A DNA stretch of 12,474 nucleotides, taken from contig JAWBQF010000050.1 of assembly GCA_038845975.1 (NCBI GenBank), positions 1 through 12,474 on the forward strand, written 5' to 3'. Under the pieces are notes generated by a model. That model ran no database searches and was not told where the DNA came from. It saw only the letters and a program-made list of their open reading frames with translations. The stretch is from Candidatus Methanomethylicia archaeon. Lineage in GTDB: Archaea > Thermoproteota > Methanomethylicia > CALHIW01. Position numbers and translations under genes: made by a program. How positions within the stretch are numbered: the first letter of the stretch is position 1; every line of letters begins with the position of its first letter. Shown here piece after piece: positions 1-8,182 of this stretch.

Positions 1-219
1 GTAGGATTGAAAGCGTAAAAATCGATGTGAATCCAATAGAGAGATGGTTTCGAACACTTAAGAATCGAACAAAAGATTCTACACAACTTCAGACAAGAAA
101 GGGAATCATAAAGATCAACCTATTCCTAAACTTTTTCATCCTCTGGTATAACTGGATAAGACCTCATCAAACCATAGGAAAACCACCAGCAATAACATAA
201 ACCTAAAAGTAACAGTATC
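1..219 (+). mobile_element. 3' end of degenerate IS6-family-like insertion sequence (transposase C-terminus plus right terminal inverted repeat)
   Basis: The frame from base 3 reads RIESVKIDVNPIERWFRTLKNRTK...LWYNWIRPHQTIGKPPAIT* (stop at 198-200). NxIERxFxTLK and YNxxRPH are DDE transposase C-terminal motifs. The end reads GATACTGTTACTTTT on the minus strand, resembling the IS26 inverted repeat GGCACTGTTGCAAA. An inverted copy lies at 12256-12474. Confidence 0.8.
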
Positions 220-327
220 CTATAAACTCTAAGTAAATAATATATAGCTGATGGCTTAAGTTAACAAAGCCCATTTACTTAGAGTTAAACTTAAAAGGCA
301 ATTTAGTATCTTTACTAGGCGAATATT

Positions 328-921
328 ATGGATGGAATTGGAGGAGCTACAACTGTAGGTCTTGTATGTAAAGATGGTGTCATTTTAGCCTCCGAGAAGA
401 AAATGACCTATGGATATACAGTTGTAAGTAGAACTGCGAGAAAAATATTTCAAGTAACAAAGAACATTGGAATTGCATGTGCAGGTCTAGTTTCAGATAT
501 GCAAGCTATAGCAAGGATACTTTCTGCAAATGCTGAATTACTATCCCTTGAACTTAAGAGACCTGTCTCAGTATTAAATGTTGCTAAACTTCTGTCATCT
601 TTAATGTTTGGACGAAGACTAATGCCATATTTTACTGAAGTTATAGTTGCTGGGCTAACAGAATCTACACCAAAATTATATGTTCTTGATCCTTTGGGTT
701 CATTACTTGAAGAAAAATACGCTGCTCTAGGAAGTGGAGGAGCAATAGCTATTGGAGTAATAGAGTCAAAATATAGAGATGATATTAGTGTCGAGGAGGG
801 GGAAAGATTAGCGCTAGAAGCTATAAAGGCAGCTATTATGAGAGATGCTGCAAGCGGAGAAGGAATTGATATAATGATAATCACCAAGGAAGGAATTAAT
901 GAAAAAACCTTATTCATTTAA
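328..921 (+). CDS. psmB: Proteasome subunit beta (probably the non-catalytic paralog, Ala in place of Thr1)
   Basis: Ntn-hydrolase beta motifs GATTVGL..KDGVILASEK, AGLVSD, LDPLGS, ALGSG and RDAASGEGID; 197 aa. Confidence 0.95.
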   Translation: MDGIGGATTVGLVCKDGVILASEKKMTYGYTVVSRTARKIFQVTKNIGIACAGLVSDMQAIARILSANAELLSLELKRPVSVLNVAKLLSSLMFGRRLMPYFTEVIVAGLTESTPKLYVLDPLGSLLEEKYAALGSGGAIAIGVIESKYRDDISVEEGERLALEAIKAAIMRDAASGEGIDIMIITKEGINEKTLFI

Positions 922-980
922 TGTTAGGTATACGTAAAATATTTGATGAAACAAACATTATATATTATGTCTTGTAGGGG

Positions 981-2579
981 ATTCGTATCGACCTGCGTGA
1001 AACATCTAAGAAAATATTAGAAAATTTTCAAGATGTATGGATAACTAGTTCTCAAAAATTATTTAAGTTGGGAATTAAGACATCTTTTTCCAAACAGATG
1101 TTTAAGCCAGGACACCCACATCCAGTATTTGAGCTTACACAAAAGCTGAGAGAACTGTTTCTTCGCTTCGGTTTTGATGAAGTTATAAACACCTACATTA
1201 TTGAAGATACTGACATGTACAAACAGTATGGTGCTGAGGCCCCTGCAATTCTTGACAGATGTTACTATTTAGCTGTAATTCCAAGACCGGATATAGGAAT
1301 AAGTAAAGAAAAGATTGATAAACTTAAAAATATAGTTCCAACTGTTACCACGAAAGAAATAAATGGCCTAAAGGAAGTATTTCATAGTTATAAGAAGGGA
1401 AAAATTTCATCTGATGATTTGGTAGGTGAAATAGCAAGTATTCTTAATGTTAATGAAGCTATGGCTTTAGAAGTATTCGACAATGTATTTCCAGAATTTA
1501 AGGAATTAAAGCCCGAACCCACAAAATTAATTCTCAGAAGTCATATGACTAGTTCGTGGTTTCATACAATATCAGCTTTGCAATATAAACTACCACTACC
1601 AATAAAGCTTTTTTCAGTTGATATAAGATTTAGAAGAGAGCAAAGAGAAGATGAAAAGCATTTAAGCACTCATAGAGTTGCATCATGTGTCATAGTGGAT
1701 GAAGCCTTATCAATTGATGAAGCCTTATCATTTACTAAAGCCTTCCTTAAAGAGTTGGGATTCATTGATGTTTATTTTATTAAAAAATCATCAACTCCAG
1801 CATACTATGCCCCCAACTCAAACTATGAGGTTTTTATAAAGCATAAAGGTAATGATATTGAAGTTGCTGAACTTGGTCTATATAATCCTATATCTTTAGC
1901 TAAATATGATATAGTTTATCCAGTAATTAATATAGGTTTTGGAGTTGAAAGAATAGCTATGGTCATATATAATGAGCAAGACATAAGAAGACTTGTATAT
2001 CCACAATTTTATGGCATATGGGTGTTAACGGATGAAGATATAGCTTCAACAATAAGTTTAGATAAAATTCCGAGTACGGTAGATTCTTGGCTTATATTTG
2101 ATAGACTGATCGAAACTAGTAAAGACAATAAAGATACACAAAGTCCTTGTACCATAAGAGCCTATGAGGGACCTTTTATGAAGAAACATATAATTATTGA
2201 ATTTTATGAAAATGATCCAAGTGTTAAATTGCTAGGTCCTGCAGCATTTAACAGAATATATGTTTATAAGGGCAACATACTGGCTATACCTGAAGAAGGT
2301 TTTGAAAATATAGAATATATAAATGAAGCTCGAACTAATGGAGTTAAGACTAATATACGATTTATTGATGCTGCTATTTGCCTATTTTTATACCAGCTAG
2401 AACAAGCGATACTTATTGGCGCTGAGGAAGTAAATTTAAGGATTAAAATGGTTAAACAACCAAGCGATATAAATATAAGAATCCCCCAAAATATTTATCA
2501 TTATATAACCAGTAGAAATCTTAAAATAGATATTAAAGGACCTGCGTTTATAGGAATATATGCAAGGATAATGAAATAA
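981..2579 (+). CDS. sepS: O-phosphoseryl-tRNA(Cys) synthetase (SepRS); start codon uncertain (ORF track starts at TTG 1068, but the frame is open from 978)
   Basis: Motifs GHPHPV, YKQYGAEAPAILDRCYYLA, LRSHMTSSWF, LFSVDIRFRREQRED, GLYNPISLAKYDI.YPVINIGFGVERIAM, LVYPQF and KLLGPAAFN. The in-frame extension IRIDLRETSKKILENFQDVW resembles the SepRS N-terminus and gives 532 aa. Confidence 0.93.
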   Translation: MRIDLRETSKKILENFQDVWITSSQKLFKLGIKTSFSKQMFKPGHPHPVFELTQKLRELFLRFGFDEVINTYIIEDTDMYKQYGAEAPAILDRCYYLAVIPRPDIGISKEKIDKLKNIVPTVTTKEINGLKEVFHSYKKGKISSDDLVGEIASILNVNEAMALEVFDNVFPEFKELKPEPTKLILRSHMTSSWFHTISALQYKLPLPIKLFSVDIRFRREQREDEKHLSTHRVASCVIVDEALSIDEALSFTKAFLKELGFIDVYFIKKSSTPAYYAPNSNYEVFIKHKGNDIEVAELGLYNPISLAKYDIVYPVINIGFGVERIAMVIYNEQDIRRLVYPQFYGIWVLTDEDIASTISLDKIPSTVDSWLIFDRLIETSKDNKDTQSPCTIRAYEGPFMKKHIIIEFYENDPSVKLLGPAAFNRIYVYKGNILAIPEEGFENIEYINEARTNGVKTNIRFIDAAICLFLYQLEQAILIGAEEVNLRIKMVKQPSDINIRIPQNIYHYITSRNLKIDIKGPAFIGIYARIMK

Positions 2580-2872
2580 GTAACCCCATGTCTGAAAATT
2601 ATAGGTTTTAGAAATAAGATCCTTAATAGATATTAGTGAAGAGATTATATCAGAGTTGATTAGCTTATGAATCAATTTTGACTTTACATGTCAGTCTCTG
2701 CAATTACTTGAAGTTTAACAAACATACTATTGGGGAATATTCATTCAATTAAAATCTGTCTATTATATATAGGCAGACATTTTAAAGACCCATTTTATCA
2801 TTCTTTTAGCAACTTCAGTTTTTAGCTGCTATTTTAAACTCATTCTAAGCCTATTATAATCTATCTAAGCTT

Positions 2873-3334
2873 TCAGTTAATTAATTTTTGGCAATACCGT
2901 CTTAGTATTTCCTCAATTATAGCACTTGTACTGCAAAACTTATATTCTTCATATAGCTCACGCAGCCTTATAATTTGTATATGTTTAAGCCCTTCTTGAT
3001 CTAATCTTTTCCTAATTTCATTCTCTGATATAGGTTGATTTGGGCCTAATAATATTATATCTGGCTTTATGTTGAGCACTACTCTCATTAGATCTTCTCC
3101 CTCATATCCAAGAAAAGCTTCATCAACCTGTTTCAGATTCTTGATGACCATTAGTCTCTGGTTCTCTGGTATTATTGGTTCTCTTCCTTTTATTCTTTTA
3201 ACAGTTGAATCTCTTGCAACAATAACTATAACTTGCCCAATCTCCTTTGCCTTACTAAGGAGTGCTATATGCCCTGGATGTATTATATCCCAAGTCCCAG
3301 CGACAAGAACTTTTCTCACTAAACCCCCCATCAC
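2873..3334 (-). CDS. ribL: Archaeal FAD synthase (cytidylyltransferase-like nucleotidyltransferase)
   Basis: GTWDIIHPGH (HxGH motif), VIVARD, PIIPENQR, KPDIILLGPNQ and a C-terminal CSTSAII; 153 aa. Confidence 0.85.
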   Translation of the reverse strand: MMGGLVRKVLVAGTWDIIHPGHIALLSKAKEIGQVIVIVARDSTVKRIKGREPIIPENQRLMVIKNLKQVDEAFLGYEGEDLMRVVLNIKPDIILLGPNQPISENEIRKRLDQEGLKHIQIIRLRELYEEYKFCSTSAIIEEILRRYCQKLIN

Positions 3335-3386
3335 ATCATGTTTATGATTTATTAATAATACCTCAATAACTTATTAAATTTCACTC

Positions 3387-3470
3387 TTGCCATAAAAACA
3401 GAGCTTTTTATCATTCTTTCAATAACCTATTGCCACTGAACATTTACCAAAAGTTTTGTTTTATTATTTT
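3387..3470. repeat. Degenerate intergenic repeat, copy A
   Basis: Starts TTGCCATAAAAAC, identical to 4505-4517, and stays collinear with copy B through TTTTATCA, AATA, CTGA and CATTT. Confidence 0.55.
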
Positions 3471-3739
3471 TCTAACAATAATATCTGCTTATTTCTACTT
3501 TCTTTACTTATTTCATTTATTTGATTTCTTTTACTCTTATGACTGAGAATTATGCTGCTAACGTCCTATATTTGTTAGTAGTGTTATAATCATCGTAGTT
3601 CATACAATGTTATTGGATGAAAGTGAAATAGGACTATTACCCTAAATATCAATTTAAATTTACCTTAAATATTCAACAATAAGACCAGGCAATACCCACT
3701 ATACAGTGATAGTGGCTTTGTTAGCTTAATTTCTTCCTT

Positions 3740-3860
3740 ATTTATGGTGTTGGTAGGTCTAATGTTATCTTATTAGGGTGGGTGCTTCGTTTGTTTTGTT
3801 TATGTTGTTGTATGTTTGTTATCTGGTATGTCTTTAGAATTTTGTTTATTGTTGATTACT
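3740..3860 (-). pseudogene. Highly decayed IS6-like transposase remnant
   Basis: G/T-skewed tract. The minus strand contains TACAACAACATAAAC (YNNIN) followed by AACATTAGACCTACCAACACCATA, which resembles ATAAGACCTCATCAAACCATA (IRPHQTI) of the terminal element. Confidence 0.4.
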
Positions 3861-3992
3861 ATCCATTAGCTTAACATGGTTTCATCAATACGTAACCTAA
3901 ACAACATAAACATACACCCAATTCCACTTAACAAATCAATTTTAATTACTTTATCGGTAATTAAAATAATATTATCTTTAATATGTTAATAT

Positions 3993-4005
3993 AAAACTTT
4001 AAATA
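3993..4005 (+). promoter_or_regulatory. BRE/TATA box of the aIF-2 beta gene (probable leaderless mRNA)
   Basis: AAAAC followed by TTTAAATA (3998-4005), i.e. -30 to -23 relative to the ATG at 4028. Confidence 0.55.
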
Positions 4006-4027
4006 TAATTTAGTATATTTTAAGTTT

Positions 4028-4441
4028 ATGTCTGAATTAACATATGAACAGTTATTAAATAGAGCATTAAAAAAAATACCTGATAAACAGCTTAAATATG
4101 AAAGATTTGAAATACCTAAGTCAGAAATAATTATAGAGGGAAATAAGACAATAATCACTAATTTTAAGGAGATTTACACAAGATTAAATAGAGAACCAAA
4201 ACATATAGCTAAGTTCATTATGAAGGAAGTAGGCTCAGCAGGAGATCTTGATGATTTAAGATTAACTTTACATGGTAAGTTTAGTAGACAGACAATAAAT
4301 AAAGTTATAGAAGAATATACGAAATTGTATGTTATTTGTCCTGTATGTGGTAAGGCAGATACGTTTATTAAAAAGGAAGAAAGATTAACCTACCTCGTAT
4401 GTGGGGCCTGTGGCGCATCATCGCCTTTAAGGCGTATTTGA
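4028..4441 (+). CDS. eif2b: Translation initiation factor 2 beta subunit (aIF-2 beta)
   Basis: YEQLLNRA, ERFEIP, EGNKTIITNF, LNREPKH and a zinc ribbon CPVC...CGAC; 137 aa. Confidence 0.97.
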   Translation: MSELTYEQLLNRALKKIPDKQLKYERFEIPKSEIIIEGNKTIITNFKEIYTRLNREPKHIAKFIMKEVGSAGDLDDLRLTLHGKFSRQTINKVIEEYTKLYVICPVCGKADTFIKKEERLTYLVCGACGASSPLRRI

Positions 4442-4504
4442 TCAGACTTTTAAATATCACTCTTGAACTTAAACATGTTTAATCACTTCTATTTTGGTTT
4501 TGTT

Positions 4505-4588
4505 TTGCCATAAAAACTTTGCTTTTATCACCTATCTAATAGCCCTGGTTGCTGATCATTTTCTATGAATTCTTTATTTATCTTGTTG
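4505..4588. repeat. Degenerate intergenic repeat, copy B
   Basis: Direct, diverged copy of 3387-3470. A partial third match (TTCTATGAATTCTT..TTTATCTT) lies near 7067-7092. Confidence 0.55.
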
Positions 4589-4924
4589 TATATTAGTACC
4601 ATTGTCCTCATGATATGAATGCATGTTCACCATTATACTTCTCCTTTGTACACAGTATATAATTATCAAGAGCTTAATTCTATCCTCAACTGAACTGAAT
4701 TATTTTCTTTATTAAACTTCTAATATCTAAACTATAAACTTCATGCTTTAATGTGTATGTAAGTTATTTTAAGTATGAACTCGCTGCAAAACTTTCTACC
4801 TAAGTTTAACTATTAAATCCTAAATTAATGTTTAATAATTTTAATGTTCAATCGGAAAGTTTATAATCCATCGTAAATATACTATATAATAACGGATTAA
4901 ACTTAATTAGTAACGCAACTAAGT

Positions 4925-6337
4925 ATGAATACACATGATGATAGCAGTCAGATATACGGGCAAATATATGAATTACTATTCTCATTAACTGATTTTAATA
5001 ATGAACTAGATATTGATTTGCTTAATTCAAATCGTATAATTGACATATATATAAAATTGCTTAAAAATCTTGAGTTGCTTCAAGTTGCAAAAAATAAATT
5101 ACTTAGATATCATATACTCACGTACAAATTTGCAACGAATCATGAAAACTATAAAGAATATAAACACGATATATATTCTTATAAAAGTTTTATTCGGTCA
5201 AGACAACTAACCAGAAAAGCTAATATAGACAGAATTCGCTGTGCAATAGCCTCACATAAAATAGCCGTAGGTCATATCAACGAAAATTACGAAGTATCAT
5301 GTAGTAATCAAGGATGCAGTTTTTCATCAAAGTTAGAGGTATTTCTAAAAACTGATAAGTGTCCTAGGTGTGGCTTCCCTTTAAATATTATTAGAAATCC
5401 AAAAAGTGTTTCCAGGATTGACATCATTAAATATTTACCATATAGCGGTAATTATCTTGATATTGCAACTAAATTTAATTCACACCAGCGATGGGCATAC
5501 AGTGAAATTTTAAGACTTCTGAAACTTGAGGAGCGAAGAGTGCTCACATCGGCTTCCATTATTTTAAAAATGGTTGAAAATGGAAAAATTATAAGGAAAC
5601 GCGTTAAAGTAGAGCTTGAAAGAAAAGATTTTAGGTTATGTGAGGAGAAAATCATCGAAATTTTCGGCCAGAATGCTAGAATAGAGAAGATTACTTGGCA
5701 TAAGTCCAAGCCTATATTAATAAATGATAAGTATGTCCGTCAGTCTCTTGCAATAGCTTATGTTAGGTTTGTTGATGCCTTGCTATCAAAATATAATATT
5801 ACAAGTGAAGATATTTATAAAAAGCTTCCAATATACCTAATCTCCTATGATCTATCTTTATTTTTACTTATGAAAACGGAGTATGAGAGATCAACATCAA
5901 TAGGTCCATTTCCACACATGATATCAAGACCATCTATTAATCAAATCAAAAAATTAACATCAACACTTAGATGGTCTGATATCGCTATCATTGTTAGTAA
6001 TTTAGGTATATGTAAATGGAAATTAACCCAGCAGTCTATAGTACTAAAAGAAGCTATGGAGAAATTGCTAAGAGGAAGTAATAGCATATTTGGCGTCATA
6101 CCGTCAACAGCTATGATAGCAGCATTGATATACCTAACAAGCAATCTTAGTCTTAGCCATGTGTCAGACATGTTTAACGAAAGTATAGCAATGATCATAA
6201 ATGCTTTAACAAGACTTAAGATTTACGGAATTGAAAAATATTTAACAGAAGAGCAAAAATCCAAATTAAATATAGTGCCTGAAGCTGAATCAGAAAAAGC
6301 AAAGTTATTCTTAAAAAAGTTAATGTGTAATTCATAG
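4925..6337 (+). CDS. Conserved archaeal hypothetical protein, DUF530-like, with a putative zinc ribbon
   Basis: 470-aa ORF. RKANIDRIRCAIASHKIA, YLPYSGNY and LINDKYVRQSLAIAY recall the DUF530 family (from memory, not searched). It has CSNQGC...CPRC metal-binding pairs, and a BRE/TATA (CGGAAAG-TTTATAAT) lies at 4853-4867. Confidence 0.6.
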   Translation: MNTHDDSSQIYGQIYELLFSLTDFNNELDIDLLNSNRIIDIYIKLLKNLELLQVAKNKLLRYHILTYKFATNHENYKEYKHDIYSYKSFIRSRQLTRKANIDRIRCAIASHKIAVGHINENYEVSCSNQGCSFSSKLEVFLKTDKCPRCGFPLNIIRNPKSVSRIDIIKYLPYSGNYLDIATKFNSHQRWAYSEILRLLKLEERRVLTSASIILKMVENGKIIRKRVKVELERKDFRLCEEKIIEIFGQNARIEKITWHKSKPILINDKYVRQSLAIAYVRFVDALLSKYNITSEDIYKKLPIYLISYDLSLFLLMKTEYERSTSIGPFPHMISRPSINQIKKLTSTLRWSDIAIIVSNLGICKWKLTQQSIVLKEAMEKLLRGSNSIFGVIPSTAMIAALIYLTSNLSLSHVSDMFNESIAMIINALTRLKIYGIEKYLTEEQKSKLNIVPEAESEKAKLFLKKLMCNS

Positions 6338-7407
6338 TAATCATAAACTATAGTTAGAAAATACATAATAGTTGTGACTAATGGTTTTAATATAGTTTCT
6401 AGAAAATTAAGATTAATAACTTAAATCTGCTTAAGGTTTTCTGATTTAGTAAGTACTGTGGTAAACTGACAAGGCTATAGAATATATTAATAGAGTTATT
6501 AATCATTATCACCAATCCATCTTAATCTTAATGCAATTACTTCAGATTAATAGTTTGCATAAAGTTTTCAACTGACTAATTGAGTTGATGGACTAATTCA
6601 TGAATATAATTGACAATTAAAAGAAGTTTAGTATTTTACAGCTAATGATAATTATTCTAAACTTTAAATTATAGCTTGATGAAATATAGTTAAAGATAAT
6701 AAACATATTTAAGTTCATAAAGTCTCATTATCTGACTACAGTAATTTGTAAGAGCTTTATACTCGTTTCTCTATGAACTTCCTTGAAGAACTATTAGATG
6801 AAATTTAGCTTTATTTTGGGCTTCTACTTAAATAATGAAGTTTTCAGGCAATTAAACATATAGAACAAAGTAGAACATGAAGACATTCATCAGAGAAGCC
6901 ATAAATTCAACATGATAGTAGAAACCAAATTATTACTAGTCATAAATAATTACATAAACAAAAGGAACAAATAGACTTAACATAAAATATTACTTAAATT
7001 TATTCTTACATCATACGCTTTGTTAACCTAAGTGCGTTTTATTACCTCTATTTTTGGTATTGTATCTTCTATGAATTCTTAGCTTTTATCTTCTTATTAA
7101 TCTATGTCTCGTTTAGCATGTATACTATTGACTTCACAACAAATCTAACGACTTTAACCATACTGACACATAAATAAGGGAGAGGAGACCAAAATAAAGC
7201 TAAAATTCACAAAGCCTAAGATAAGGATAGTTTCTAAATACCTCTTAGTGGTCTTTAAATATTTACCATTAATTGATCTAGACTAACCCTAGAACCCCAC
7301 ATGTATATCATTCAAAACCTCACAAACACTCCAACAGCAAGAAAGCGAATCATAAAATATTTGGTAGGTATAATTTTACCAATTATTGAGGACATTACAT
7401 GATACTA

Positions 7408-7461
7408 GAAAAGCTTATAAGGAATGATTTAGGAATTTCAATAGATTTAATTGGGAGGTGA
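7408..7461 (+). promoter_or_regulatory. Promoter (BRE/TATA) and ribosome-binding site of rpl12
   Basis: GAAAAG-CTTATAAG at 7408-7421 and Shine-Dalgarno GGAGGTGA at 7454-7461, just before ATG 7466. Confidence 0.65.
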
Positions 7462-7465
7462 GGAA

Positions 7466-7780
7466 ATGGAATATATTTATGCTAGTATGTTGCTTCATAG
7501 TGCTCGAAAGCCTATTACTGAAGAAAGTATTAAAAATATCCTAAAAGCAGCGGATATTGAAGCAGATGATATAAAGGTTAAAGCACTAGTTGCTGCTTTA
7601 AAAGAGGTAAATATTGATGATATTATAAAGTCAGCAACTCTATCAGTTGCAGCCCCAGTTGTTACTCAAGCTACTACAGAGGCAACTACTAGAGTCGAAG
7701 AAAAGAAGGAGGAGAAGGAGGAAAAGAAAGAGGAAGTAGAGGAAACAATGGCCGAGGGATTGGGAGCATTATTTGGGTAG
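7466..7780 (+). CDS. rpl12: 50S ribosomal stalk protein P1 (L12p)
   Basis: MEYIYASMLLH...VKALVAALKEVNIDDII, an Ala/Glu/Lys hinge and the C-terminus GLGALFG. The start is moved from TTG 7451 to ATG 7466 because of the SD and the conserved MEYIYA start. Confidence 0.97.
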   Translation: MEYIYASMLLHSARKPITEESIKNILKAADIEADDIKVKALVAALKEVNIDDIIKSATLSVAAPVVTQATTEATTRVEEKKEEKEEKKEEVEETMAEGLGALFG

Positions 7781-7839
7781 TTTACTGCCTCTATAGTATA
7801 ACTATTTATTGAAAAGAATTGCTCTATAGCTATTACTAG

Positions 7840-7953
7840 TGGTGCGGGGGGTGGGATTTTCAGAAATCTTTTGAACCCACGAACCCCTACGGGACCGGCG
7901 CCTGTAGCACATCATACAGGCCGGCGCCTTTGACCAAGCTTGGCGACCCCCGC
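7840..7953 (-). tRNA. tRNA-Leu (GAG preferred, CAG possible) with two 13-nt introns (anticodon loop; T-loop 59/60) and encoded CCA
   Basis: Acceptor GCGGGGG/CCCCCGC-A-CCA, D arm GCC-AAGCTTGGTCAAA-GGC, long variable arm and T arm GTGGG/CCCAC. The anticodon loop and the T-loop are each 20 nt instead of 7. The T-loop intron (7857-7869) has helix TTCA/TGAA and bulges AA|A and AA|T. Confidence 0.9.
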
Positions 7954-8070
7954 AATATAAGTGAGGAAGTAAGCTTAGTTAAAAAGTTTTCTACATAAAA
8001 TTCATAATCAATTCTTTTGATTTCACAATAAGTTGCAAACACATACATTATAGTCAATTTAAGAATAATA

Positions 8071-8182
8071 TGGGCCCGAGGGGATTTGAACCCCTGACCA
8101 CCCGGTATCTCAAAAATTTATGAGCCGGGCGCTCTAGTCAATATCTGACCTGGCTGAGCATCCCACATATTGGTACGGGCCC
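8071..8182 (-). tRNA. tRNA-Ile2 (CAU) with three introns (9/10, 22/23, 37/38)
   Basis: Removing 8160-8173, 8134-8144 and 8107-8118 gives GGGCCCGTAGCTCAGCCAGGTCAGAGCGCCCGGCTCATAACCGGGTGGTCAGGGGTTCAAATCCCCTCGGGCCCA. The GGG/CCC acceptor start is typical of archaeal Ile rather than Met tRNAs. Confidence 0.9.

Noticed and set aside
1-14. ATTGAAAG resembling the 3' end of archaeal CRISPR repeats
   Set aside because: It occurs once at each window end inside the IS remnant. There is no repeat-spacer periodicity and no cas gene.
450-917. 155-aa minus-strand ORF
   Set aside because: Antisense shadow of psmB with no recognisable motifs.
2436-2675. 79-aa minus-strand ORF
   Set aside because: Overlaps the sepS 3' end in antisense; low-complexity AT-rich translation.
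3069-3347. 92-aa plus-strand ORF
   Set aside because: Antisense shadow of the FAD synthase gene.
3961-4158. 65-aa minus-strand ORF
   Set aside because: Antisense to aIF-2 beta and its promoter.
5452-6198. Two 85-aa minus-strand ORFs (5452-5709 and 5941-6198)
   Set aside because: Both lie wholly inside the 470-aa gene on the opposite strand.
7695-7745. Purine-rich GAA/AAG/GAG low-complexity tract
   Set aside because: It simply encodes the Glu/Lys hinge of ribosomal protein P1.
7900-7919. Reading the first tRNA as tRNA-Tyr(GTA)
   Set aside because: The acceptor stem (G1-C72), D-loop and long variable arm are Leu-type, whereas archaeal tRNA-Tyr has C1-G72 and a short variable loop.
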